A stretch of 45,041 nucleotides of DNA, taken from NCBI GenBank assembly GCA_900316335.1, contig ONCN01000001.1, positions 1-45,041 of the forward strand, read 5' to 3'. The first letter of the stretch is position 1, and each line of letters opens with the position of its first letter. Source of the DNA: an uncultured Eubacteriales bacterium (lineage in GTDB: Bacteria; Bacillota; Clostridia; Oscillospirales; Oscillospiraceae). The notes under the pieces were generated by a model. The model was given only the letters and a program-made list of their open reading frames with translations, was not told where the DNA came from and did no database searches. Made by a program: the position numbers and the translations under genes. Of the stretch, positions 38,064 through 45,041 are shown piece after piece.

Positions 38064-38753
38064 ATGATCGATTTTGAAAACGTGACCAAGGTGTACGACA
38101 CCGGCAACCGGGCGCTCGACGGCGTGAGTCTTCACATCGAAGACGGCGAGTTCGTCTTCCTGGTCGGCCCCTCCGGCTCCGGTAAGTCTACCATCATCAA
38201 GCTGCTCACAGCCGAGCTTGAGCCGACCTCCGGCTCCATCACGGTCAACGGCTATCAGCTTGACAAGATCAAAAAGCGTCAGATCCCCTATATGCGCCGC
38301 ACCGTTGGCGTCATCTTCCAGGACTTCCGCCTGATTGAAAACAAAACGGTGTTTGACAACGTGGCCTTTGCCATGCGGATCGTGGGCGCCTCCAACAAAG
38401 AGATCAAGCGCCGCGTGCCCTACGTGCTGGACCTGGTCGGTCTGGAAAACCGGGGCCGCCGCTTCCCCAACGAGCTCTCCGGCGGCGAGCAGCAGCGCGT
38501 CACCATTGCAAGAGCTCTGGTCAACAACCCCGCCATGATCATCGCCGACGAGCCCACCGGCAACCTCGACCCGGTGCGCTCGTATGAGATCATGATGCTG
38601 CTTGAGCGTATCAACGCCCTTGGAACAACGGTAATGGTGGTGACCCACGAGCGCGAGCTGGTCAACCGCTTTACCAAGCGAGTCATTGCCATCGACGAAG
38701 GTCGGATCATCAATGACGGAATGGATGGGTACTATATCAATGAAGAGAACTAG
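38064..38753 (+). CDS. ftsE: Cell division ATP-binding protein FtsE
   Basis: 229 aa. GPSGSGKST, LSGGEQQRVTIARAL and IIADEPTGNLD are present. Confidence 0.93.
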   Translation: MIDFENVTKVYDTGNRALDGVSLHIEDGEFVFLVGPSGSGKSTIIKLLTAELEPTSGSITVNGYQLDKIKKRQIPYMRRTVGVIFQDFRLIENKTVFDNVAFAMRIVGASNKEIKRRVPYVLDLVGLENRGRRFPNELSGGEQQRVTIARALVNNPAMIIADEPTGNLDPVRSYEIMMLLERINALGTTVMVVTHERELVNRFTKRVIAIDEGRIINDGMDGYYINEEN

Positions 38754-39630
38754 AAAGCTTGGGTATCTGTTCAAAGAGGGCATCCACAATATGTTCAGCC
38801 ACGGCTTTATGTCCTTTGCGGCCATCTGCGTGACCGTGGCGTGCCTGGTCATCATCGGCAGCTTCTCCATGATCCTGTACAACATCGCCGTGATGGTCCG
38901 TGATCTGGAGCAGCAAAACCGCATTCTCGTCTACATCGACGAGAGCTATAACACCGCCGAGGCCAAAAGCGTGGGCTCTCAGCTCAACCTGGTCGAAAAC
39001 GTCAGCCAGGCCGTATTCACCTCCCGCGACGAGGCCATGGAGAACTTCCTCGCCCAGCAGGGCGGCGGCGAAGAGTTTGCCGGCATCAACGCCGAGACCT
39101 TCCGCGACCGCTTTGTGGTGACGCTTGAAGACAACGCCAGAATGGCCGAGACCGTCGAGGCCATCCGAAACGTCAAGGGCGTGGCCGACGTGGCCGCCCG
39201 CAGCGAGATCGCCGAGGGCTTCACCACGCTGCAGCGCGTTTTAAACATCGTGTCCATCGCCATCATAGCAGTGTTGCTGGTGGTGTCGCTGTTTATCATT
39301 TCCAATACCGTCAAGCTTGCCATGTATGACCGCCGGGATGAGATCGGCATCATGAAGATGGTCGGTGCGACGGACCGCTTTATCCGCTTCCCCTATGTGG
39401 TGGAGGGCTTCCTGATCGGCCTGATCTCCGGCGCGGTGGCGTTCTTCCTGGAGTGGGGCATCTATGACCTCATTGCAAACCGCCTCACCGCCGTTGACAG
39501 CCTCTCGCTTTTGGACATCGTCCCCTTCACCAAGGTCTTGTGGATCATGGTGGCCACCTTTGGCGCGGCCGGCCTGTTTGTGGGCGTCTTTGGCAGCGTC
39601 ATGTCCATCCGGAAGTTCCTGGATGTGTAA
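38740..39630 (+). CDS. ftsX: Cell division permease-like protein FtsX
   Basis: The start is set at MKRTRKLGYLFKEGIHNM (ATG 38740, 14-nt overlap with ftsE). It has TM1, a large extracellular loop, and three C-terminal TM helices. Confidence 0.9.
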   Translation: MKRTRKLGYLFKEGIHNMFSHGFMSFAAICVTVACLVIIGSFSMILYNIAVMVRDLEQQNRILVYIDESYNTAEAKSVGSQLNLVENVSQAVFTSRDEAMENFLAQQGGGEEFAGINAETFRDRFVVTLEDNARMAETVEAIRNVKGVADVAARSEIAEGFTTLQRVLNIVSIAIIAVLLVVSLFIISNTVKLAMYDRRDEIGIMKMVGATDRFIRFPYVVEGFLIGLISGAVAFFLEWGIYDLIANRLTAVDSLSLLDIVPFTKVLWIMVATFGAAGLFVGVFGSVMSIRKFLDV

Positions 39631-39649
39631 TGCATAAGGAGGCAGAAGT

Positions 39650-40969
39650 ATGTTCAAGTATCGTCGTGTGATCGTCGGCGTCATCGCCGCCTTCCTGATC
39701 CTCGCGCTTCTGGGCAGCGTGGTGCTCGGCGCCTTTGCCGCCAGCTCCAGCGAGATCAAAGAAAAGATCCAGGCACTGAAAGACGAGGCCGCCGGCATTT
39801 CCGCCAAGCAGGCCGAGCTCAAGGCCGAGATGGCCGAAAACAAATCCGACATGATGGATCTGGTGGAGCGCAAGGGTCAGATCGACCAGGAGATCAAGCT
39901 CACCCAGGATGAGATCGACAACAAGAGCGCCCAGATCCAGGAATACAACCTTCTGATCGCCGAAAAGCAGAACGAGCTTGACGACGCCCTGGAGGAAAAG
40001 GCGCAGCTCAACGAGCAGTATCGTGCCCGCATCCGCTCTATGGAAGAAAGCGGCAAGCTGACCTACTGGTCCATCCTGTTCAAGGCCAGCAGCTTTGCCG
40101 ACCTGCTTGACCGCGTGGATATGATCAACGAGATCGCCGCGGCGGACGCCCGGATGCTGGATAAGCTCCAGGCCGTCGCCCAGCAGATCGAGGTCGCCCG
40201 TGCCGAGCTTGCAGACGAGAAGGTTGCCCTGGAGGACGCCAAGGAAGAGCTTGCCAAGACCGAAGAGGCTCTGGGCGAGCAGCGCGCCGAGGCTGACGAG
40301 GTCTTTGCCGAGCTGCTTGCCGACAAGGACGCGCTGAACGCCGCGGCGGAAAAGTATGATTCCATGCAGCTTCAGCTTGCAAACCAGATCGCCCAGCAGG
40401 AGGTCAACTATCAAGAGGCCCTTGACCGCGAAGAGCGTGAGCGCCAGGAGGCCGCAGCAGCCGCAGCGGCAGCGGCGGCAGCCGCAGCCGCGCAGAATAA
40501 CAGCGGCGGTCATGGCTCCGGCAATGGCGGCGGCAGCAGCAACAACGGCGGCGGCAGCGGCGGTTCCGGCGGCGGTGGCGGCGGCGGATTTATCTGGCCC
40601 TGCTCCTGCCGGACCATCACCTGCTACTTCGGGCCCCGTATCCACCCGATCACCGGCGCCTATTCCAGCCACAGCGGCATCGACATCGGCTGCAGCTATG
40701 GCGACTCCATCTATGCCGCCAAGTCCGGTACGGTCACCACAGCCACCTTCGGCACGGCCTACGGCAACTACGTGACCATCAACCACGGCGACGGCTTCTC
40801 CACGCTCTACGGCCATATGAGCCAGTATATCGTCTCGCCCGGTCAGTACGTCAGCCAGGGCCAGTGCATCGGCTACGTCGGTTCCACCGGCTGGTCCACC
40901 GCCCCGCATCTGCACTTCACCGTGTACAAAAACGGCTCTTTGGTCAACCCTCTGAGCTATCTGCCCTGA
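39650..40969 (+). CDS. Coiled-coil M23-family metallopeptidase (FtsEX-associated murein hydrolase type)
   Basis: 439 aa. It has a signal/anchor, a coiled coil of about 250 aa, a poly-Ala/Gly-Ser-Asn linker, and an M23 core (HSGIDIG...GNYVTINHGDGFSTLYGHM...GSTGWSTAPHLHF). Confidence 0.88.
   Translation: MFKYRRVIVGVIAAFLILALLGSVVLGAFAASSSEIKEKIQALKDEAAGISAKQAELKAEMAENKSDMMDLVERKGQIDQEIKLTQDEIDNKSAQIQEYNLLIAEKQNELDDALEEKAQLNEQYRARIRSMEESGKLTYWSILFKASSFADLLDRVDMINEIAAADARMLDKLQAVAQQIEVARAELADEKVALEDAKEELAKTEEALGEQRAEADEVFAELLADKDALNAAAEKYDSMQLQLANQIAQQEVNYQEALDREERERQEAAAAAAAAAAAAAAQNNSGGHGSGNGGGSSNNGGGSGGSGGGGGGGFIWPCSCRTITCYFGPRIHPITGAYSSHSGIDIGCSYGDSIYAAKSGTVTTATFGTAYGNYVTINHGDGFSTLYGHMSQYIVSPGQYVSQGQCIGYVGSTGWSTAPHLHFTVYKNGSLVNPLSYLP
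40451..40588 (+). repeat. Triplet-repeat low-complexity tract (14 x GCN Ala, then a GGC/AGC/AAC-rich Gly-Ser-Asn run) inside the M23 peptidase gene
   Basis: Direct reading gives gcc gca gca gcc gca gcg gca gcg gcg gca gcc gca gcc gcg, followed by ...ggc ggc ggc agc agc aac aac ggc ggc ggc agc ggc ggt tcc ggc ggc ggt ggc ggc ggc gga. Confidence 0.8.
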
Positions 40970-40978
40970 GTTTCGTCT

Positions 40979-41006
40979 CCCACAGCCCCCGTGAGGGGGC
41001 TGTGGG
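40979..41006 (+). terminator. GC-rich hairpin after the M23 peptidase gene (possible partial terminator)
   Basis: CCCACAGCCCCC-gtga-GGGGGCTGTGGG (12 bp). The downstream T-tract is poor (AAATCGTTCTATTT). Confidence 0.45.
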
Positions 41007-41037
41007 AAATCGTTCTATTTCGGAAGGAAACAACGCT

Positions 41038-42231
41038 ATGGATAAGATCAATCGTGTTCTTGTTTTGCTCTGCGTCATTCTGGTCACGGCTGCGATCACC
41101 TTCAGCCTGACCTATTATTTTGTCGAGGTGCGCCCGGCATCGCTCCACGCCGCGCCCGCAGGGGATCCCCAGCAGGGCTATGACAAGCTTAAGGAGATCC
41201 GCTCGATCATCGACCGCTACTACATCGGCGAGGTCGACGAGGACTATATGTCCGACGCCCTGGCCGCCGGTATGGTAGAGGGCATCCAGGACGAGTGGAG
41301 CTACTATATTCCCGCCGACAGCTACGGCCAGTATATGGAGACCATGACCAACTCCTACGTGGGCGTTGGCATCACCATCACACAGGAAGACGGCGCCGAA
41401 GGCTTTTTGATCACCGACGTCACGCCCGACGGCCCTGCCTACCACGCCGGCCTGCAGATCGGCGACCTTATCGTGGGCGTTGACGGGCAAAGCGCGCTGG
41501 AGCTCGGCATGGAGGAGACGAAAAATCATGTCCGGGGCGAAGAGGGCACCGACGTGACCATCACCATCCTGCGCGACGACGCCAAAACCGACTATACCAT
41601 CACCCGGCAGAGCATTTCTGTGGTCAACGTGACCCATGAGCTTCTGCCCGACGACGTCGCCTACATCAAGATCCGCAACTTCGATCAGAACTGCGCGCGC
41701 GACACCATCGCCGCCATCGAGTCTGAGCTTGCGCAGGGCGCCAAGGGCATCGTCTTTGACGTGCGCTTCAACCCCGGCGGCATGAAGGATGAAATGGTCG
41801 CAGTGCTGGACTATCTGCTGCCTGAAGGCCCCCTGTTCCGCTCGGTGAGCTACAATGGCCGTGAGAGCGTCGATACCTCCGACGCAGCGTGCCTGGATAT
41901 CCCCATGGCCGTGCTGGTCAACAAAGACTCCTACTCCGCCGCGGAGTTCTTTGCCGCCGCCCTGCAGGAATACGACGCTGCCACCGTGGTGGGCACGCAG
42001 ACCTATGGCAAGGGCCGCTTCCAGACCGCCATCCGCCTGTCCGACGGCTCGGCCGTCAACCTGTCCATCGGCAAATACACCACGCCCAACGGTGTGAGCC
42101 TGGTCGGCACCGGCATCACCCCGGACGTTGTGGTGGAGGTCAGCGACGACGAATACATGGATATTTACTACGGCCGCATGGAGCACGCGGACGACGAACA
42201 GCTGAAATCCGCGATTTTGGCCGTGAAATAG
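41038..42231 (+). CDS. S41-family C-terminal processing peptidase (CtpA/CtpB type)
   Basis: The start is set at MDKINRVLVLLCVILV (ATG 41038). It has a PDZ domain (GVGITITQEDGAEGFLITDVTPDGPAYHAGLQIGDLIVGVDG), the catalytic Ser region (NKDSYSAAEFFAAAL) and Lys (TYGKG). Confidence 0.9.
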   Translation: MDKINRVLVLLCVILVTAAITFSLTYYFVEVRPASLHAAPAGDPQQGYDKLKEIRSIIDRYYIGEVDEDYMSDALAAGMVEGIQDEWSYYIPADSYGQYMETMTNSYVGVGITITQEDGAEGFLITDVTPDGPAYHAGLQIGDLIVGVDGQSALELGMEETKNHVRGEEGTDVTITILRDDAKTDYTITRQSISVVNVTHELLPDDVAYIKIRNFDQNCARDTIAAIESELAQGAKGIVFDVRFNPGGMKDEMVAVLDYLLPEGPLFRSVSYNGRESVDTSDAACLDIPMAVLVNKDSYSAAEFFAAALQEYDAATVVGTQTYGKGRFQTAIRLSDGSAVNLSIGKYTTPNGVSLVGTGITPDVVVEVSDDEYMDIYYGRMEHADDEQLKSAILAVK

Positions 42232-42232
42232 C

Positions 42233-42262
42233 TTGACAAGGCAAGGGGCGCAATAGTATAAT
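42233..42262 (+). promoter_or_regulatory. Candidate sigma-A promoter of greA-lysS
   Basis: TTGACA (42233-42238), 18 nt, TATAAT (42257-42262). Confidence 0.55.
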
Positions 42263-42330
42263 ATACCCCCGAATGGCCCGGGTTTCCGGGCGGTTTTGAC
42301 TGAAAAAACTTGCAGAAAGGTGGCAATACC

Positions 42331-42804
42331 ATGGCAAAGGAATATAAACTGACTGTCATCCGCATGAAGGAGCTGGAGGAAGAGCTCCAGTACCTCAAGA
42401 CCATCCGCGAGAAGGAAGTGGCCGAGCTGATCAAAGAGGCCCGTTCCTTCGGCGACCTGTCTGAAAACAGCGAGTATGACGAAGCAAAAAATGAGCAGGC
42501 CAAGCTCTACGGCCGCATTGCCGAGGTGGAGAACATCTTGGCCCACGCCGTTATCATCGACGAGACCGAGGACGCCGCAGGCCGTGTCGGCCTGGGCTGC
42601 ACCGTGAAGGTCCGCGACGTGGAGTTTGACGAGACCGATATCTACGCCATCGTGGGCTCGCAGGAGGCCAATCCCAAGGAGCACCGCATCTCCGACGACT
42701 CCCCCTTTGGCAGAGCCATGATCGGCAAGACCGTCGGCGACATCGTCGAGGTCGAGGCCCCCGTGGGCACCCTGCAGTTTGAGATCCTTTCCGTGGAAAA
42801 GTAA
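42331..42804 (+). CDS. greA: Transcription elongation factor GreA
   Basis: The start is set at MAKEYKLT (ATG 42331). ...EARSFGDLSENSEYDEAKNEQ... matches the coiled-coil tip acidic residues and the C-terminal FKBP-like domain. Confidence 0.93.
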   Translation: MAKEYKLTVIRMKELEEELQYLKTIREKEVAELIKEARSFGDLSENSEYDEAKNEQAKLYGRIAEVENILAHAVIIDETEDAAGRVGLGCTVKVRDVEFDETDIYAIVGSQEANPKEHRISDDSPFGRAMIGKTVGDIVEVEAPVGTLQFEILSVEK

Positions 42805-42815
42805 GAGGAGGCGCT

Positions 42816-44807
42816 ATGGCAAAGTTTGTTCCCCAGTCTGAACTCCCCCTGGTCGACCAGGTCCGGGTCAGACACGAAAAGCTGCAGGAGCTGCAGCAGG
42901 CCGGGCAGGATCCGTTCCAGCTCACCCGGTATGACGTGACCCACCACGCCGAGACCATCAAGGCCGACTTTGACGCGCTGCAGGACCAGACCGTCTCCGT
43001 TGCCGGCCGCTTGATGAGCAAGCGCGGCATGGGCAAGGCCATCTTCGCCGACCTCCAGGACCGCTCCGGCCGGATCCAGCTCTATCTCAAGGTGGACGAG
43101 CTGGGCGCCGAGGCCTTCGCCCAGTGCCGCAAGCTGGACGTGGGCGATATCGTGGGCGTCAAGGGCGTGGTCTTCCGCACCCAGAAGGGCGAGATCTCCG
43201 TGCGCGCCACCGAGGTCACGCTGCTGTCCAAGTCTCTTCTGCCGCTGCCCGAAAAGTTCCATGGTCTGACAGACGTGGAGACCCGCTTCCGTCAGCGCTA
43301 TGTGGATCTGATCGTCAACCCCGAGGTCCGGCGGAACTTCGAGATCCGCTCCAAATTTGTCTCCCACATCCGCAAGTTCCTCGACAGCCGGGGCTACATG
43401 GAAGTCGAGACCCCTGTGCTCAACACCATCTCTGGCGGCGCCACGGCCCGTCCGTTCATCACCCACCACAACACCCTCGATATCGACATGTATATGCGCA
43501 TCGCCACCGAGCTGCACCTCAAGAGACTGCTTGTCGGCGGCCTCGAACGCGTGTATGAGATCGGCCGCATTTTCCGCAACGAGGGCATGGACCCCAAGCA
43601 CAACCCCGAGTTCACCACCGTCGAGCTCTATGAGGCCTATGCAGACTTCAACGTGATGATGGACCTGTTTGAAGAGCTTCTGTCCTCTGCTGCCATGGAG
43701 ATCCTCGGCACCTATCAGGTTTCCTGGCAGGGCTATGACGTGGATCTTACCCCCGGCTGGCCCCGCATGACCATGGCCGAGGCCGTCAAGCAGTACCTGG
43801 GCGTGGACTTCATGGCCATCACCTCCGACGAGGACGCCGAAAAGCTCGCCGCCTCCGTCGGCGTGGAGCTTGGGCCCACCAAGGAGCATACCTGGGGCAA
43901 CTTCCTCTATGAGTGCTTTGATCAGAAGGTCGAGGAAAAGCTCATCCAGCCTACCTTCATCACCATGCACCCCGTGGACGTCTCTCCGCTGGCAAAGCGG
44001 TCGCCCAAGGATCCCCGCCTCACCGAGCGCTTTGAGCTTTTCATCTGCCACAGCGAGATGGGCAACGCCTTCTCCGAGCTCAACGACCCCATCGACCAGA
44101 AGGGCCGCTTCCAGAAGCAGGTCGAGCTGCGCCAGAAGGGCGACGACGAGGCCGGCATGATGGACGACGACTATATCACCGCCCTCGAATACGGCCTGCC
44201 CCCCACAGGCGGCCTTGGCATCGGCGTAGACCGCTGCGTCATGCTCCTCACCGGCATGGACTCCATCCGCGAGGTCATCCTCTTCCCGACCATGAAGCCC
44301 TTGGATACACCAAAGGACAAGAATGGTGTACAAGAATCTGAGGATGCGACAACAATAGAAAACGCATCCGAAGAGACTCCGGCGGTCAATACAAACGATC
44401 CGTCCATGCCGATCTTTGATGCGAAAAAGCCTGACTTTGCAAGCCTCGTGATTGAACCCCTGTTTGAAGATCTGGTCGATTTCGAGACCTTCTCCAAGTC
44501 CGATTTCCGTGCCGTGAAGGTCAAGGACTGCGTCGCAGTTCCCAAGAGCAAGAAGCTCCTTCAGTTCACGCTGGACGACGGAACCGGCACAGACCGCACC
44601 ATTTTAAGCGGTATTCACGCCTATTATGAGCCTGAACAGCTCGTCGGAAAGACCTGCATCGCTATCGTCAACCTGCCTCCGCGCAAGATGATGGGCATCG
44701 ATTCCTGCGGTATGCTGATCAGCGCCGTTCATAAGGAAGGCGAAGAGGAAAAGCTGCATCTTCTGATGGTTGATCCGAGTATCCCGGCAGGCGCGAAGCT
44801 GTACTAA
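42816..44807 (+). CDS. lysS: Lysine--tRNA ligase (class II) with an appended C-terminal OB-fold tRNA-binding domain (MetRS C-terminus/Trbp111/CsaA type)
   Basis: 663 aa. The LysRS core has an N-terminal OB fold, FRNEG and GLGIGVDRCVMLL, and ends at ...IREVILFPTMKPL. An acidic linker follows, then DFRAVKVKDCVAVPKSKKLLQFTLDDG...ILSGIHAYYEPEQLVGKTCIAIVNLPPRKMMGIDSCGMLISA...IPAGAKLY. Confidence 0.92.
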   Translation: MAKFVPQSELPLVDQVRVRHEKLQELQQAGQDPFQLTRYDVTHHAETIKADFDALQDQTVSVAGRLMSKRGMGKAIFADLQDRSGRIQLYLKVDELGAEAFAQCRKLDVGDIVGVKGVVFRTQKGEISVRATEVTLLSKSLLPLPEKFHGLTDVETRFRQRYVDLIVNPEVRRNFEIRSKFVSHIRKFLDSRGYMEVETPVLNTISGGATARPFITHHNTLDIDMYMRIATELHLKRLLVGGLERVYEIGRIFRNEGMDPKHNPEFTTVELYEAYADFNVMMDLFEELLSSAAMEILGTYQVSWQGYDVDLTPGWPRMTMAEAVKQYLGVDFMAITSDEDAEKLAASVGVELGPTKEHTWGNFLYECFDQKVEEKLIQPTFITMHPVDVSPLAKRSPKDPRLTERFELFICHSEMGNAFSELNDPIDQKGRFQKQVELRQKGDDEAGMMDDDYITALEYGLPPTGGLGIGVDRCVMLLTGMDSIREVILFPTMKPLDTPKDKNGVQESEDATTIENASEETPAVNTNDPSMPIFDAKKPDFASLVIEPLFEDLVDFETFSKSDFRAVKVKDCVAVPKSKKLLQFTLDDGTGTDRTILSGIHAYYEPEQLVGKTCIAIVNLPPRKMMGIDSCGMLISAVHKEGEEEKLHLLMVDPSIPAGAKLY

Positions 44808-44809
44808 TA

Positions 44810-44834
44810 AGTACACCATGGCATGTACTCTTTT
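44810..44834 (+). terminator. Weak candidate terminator after lysS
   Basis: AGTACA (44810-44815) / TGTACT (24-29 of the same decade: 44824-44829) followed by CTTTT. A second imperfect hairpin plus CTTTTT lies near 44845-44870. Confidence 0.35.
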
Positions 44835-45041
44835 GCCGGAAAAACGGTATGTCCTACATTGCCGCTTTTTAGCCGACATTCACACAAATACACCATAAGT
44901 ACACTAAAGTGGCTGCAAGTCGCCATAAGTCACTGGAATTCACACATTTTTCCTAAGGCGTTGTCTCAAAACAGCGATAACAAGCTGGATTGAGGCAACG
45001 CCTCTTTCTATGGGGGCGGATGCGGAGAGTTGGCTGACAAG

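Noticed and set aside
40957-44333. Two long minus-strand ORFs (40957..42684, 575 aa; 42642..44333, 563 aa)
   Set aside because: They are antisense to the S41 peptidase, greA and lysS. They show the same GC-artefact composition, no RBS and no recognisable domains.
44604-44879. 91-aa minus-strand ORF spanning the lysS 3' end and the downstream spacer
   Set aside because: It is antisense to the well-supported tRNA-binding domain coding region, has no RBS, and runs through the terminator-like hairpins.
45024-45041. GGAGAGTTGGCTGACAAG at the window end resembles the 5' end of a class II tRNA (tRNA-Ser-like acceptor stem, U8 and D-stem start)
   Set aside because: Only 18 nt are visible, and the D-loop GG, anticodon and T-arm cannot be checked. 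The similarity to recalled tRNA-Ser sequences stops after GGCTGA. It is not reportable as a feature, but it is worth checking with sequence beyond the window.

Overview
This is a high-GC segment (roughly 60-65% judged by eye, not computed). It reads like core chromosome of a spore-forming Firmicute, probably Clostridia/Oscillospirales-like; the taxon is inference only. I can place 44 protein-coding genes, two of them with broken reading frames. I also place one FMN riboswitch, several intrinsic terminators and some sigma-A-type promoters. The content is mostly housekeeping and syntenic with classic Firmicute operons. In order, the window holds:
- a partial parB-like gene
- a GntR(YtrA-type)/ABC module
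- an ECF sigma/anti-sigma/SLH-protein module
- smc-ftsY
- rph-rdgB
- yhbY, a nadD-yqeK fusion, an acidic repeat protein, rsfS and leuS
- rpsU
- three uncharacterised small genes
- an ArsR/HMA/P1B-ATPase metal operon
- an orphan hypothetical gene
- comM-thiI-cinA-vanZ
- spoIIAA-spoIIAB-sigF
- pcrA-yunB-ligA
- FMN riboswitch-ribU
- a DUF4830 gene
- a pseudouridine synthase
- a PucR-type regulator
- ftsE-ftsX-M23 peptidase-S41 peptidase
- greA-lysS
I saw no rRNA, no complete tRNA, no CRISPR, no transposase, integrase or phage genes, and no recognisable defence genes. I therefore do not claim a novel system. The most unusual observations are:
1. LysRS carries a MetRS-type C-terminal tRNA-binding domain, with an abrupt codon-usage/GC break at the junction, followed by a low-GC, repeat-rich tail at the window edge.
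2. Two reading frames are broken at short homopolymers (the SLH protein and the HMA/ATPase pair).
3. A NadD-YqeK fusion is followed by an acidic, tail-anchored repeat protein inserted in a ribosome-maturation operon.
4. An orphan Cys-containing protein has its own promoter and terminator.
5. The spoIIA operon starts 18 nt after a strong terminator.
Most long ORFs in the track that lie antisense to these genes are GC-driven artefacts.
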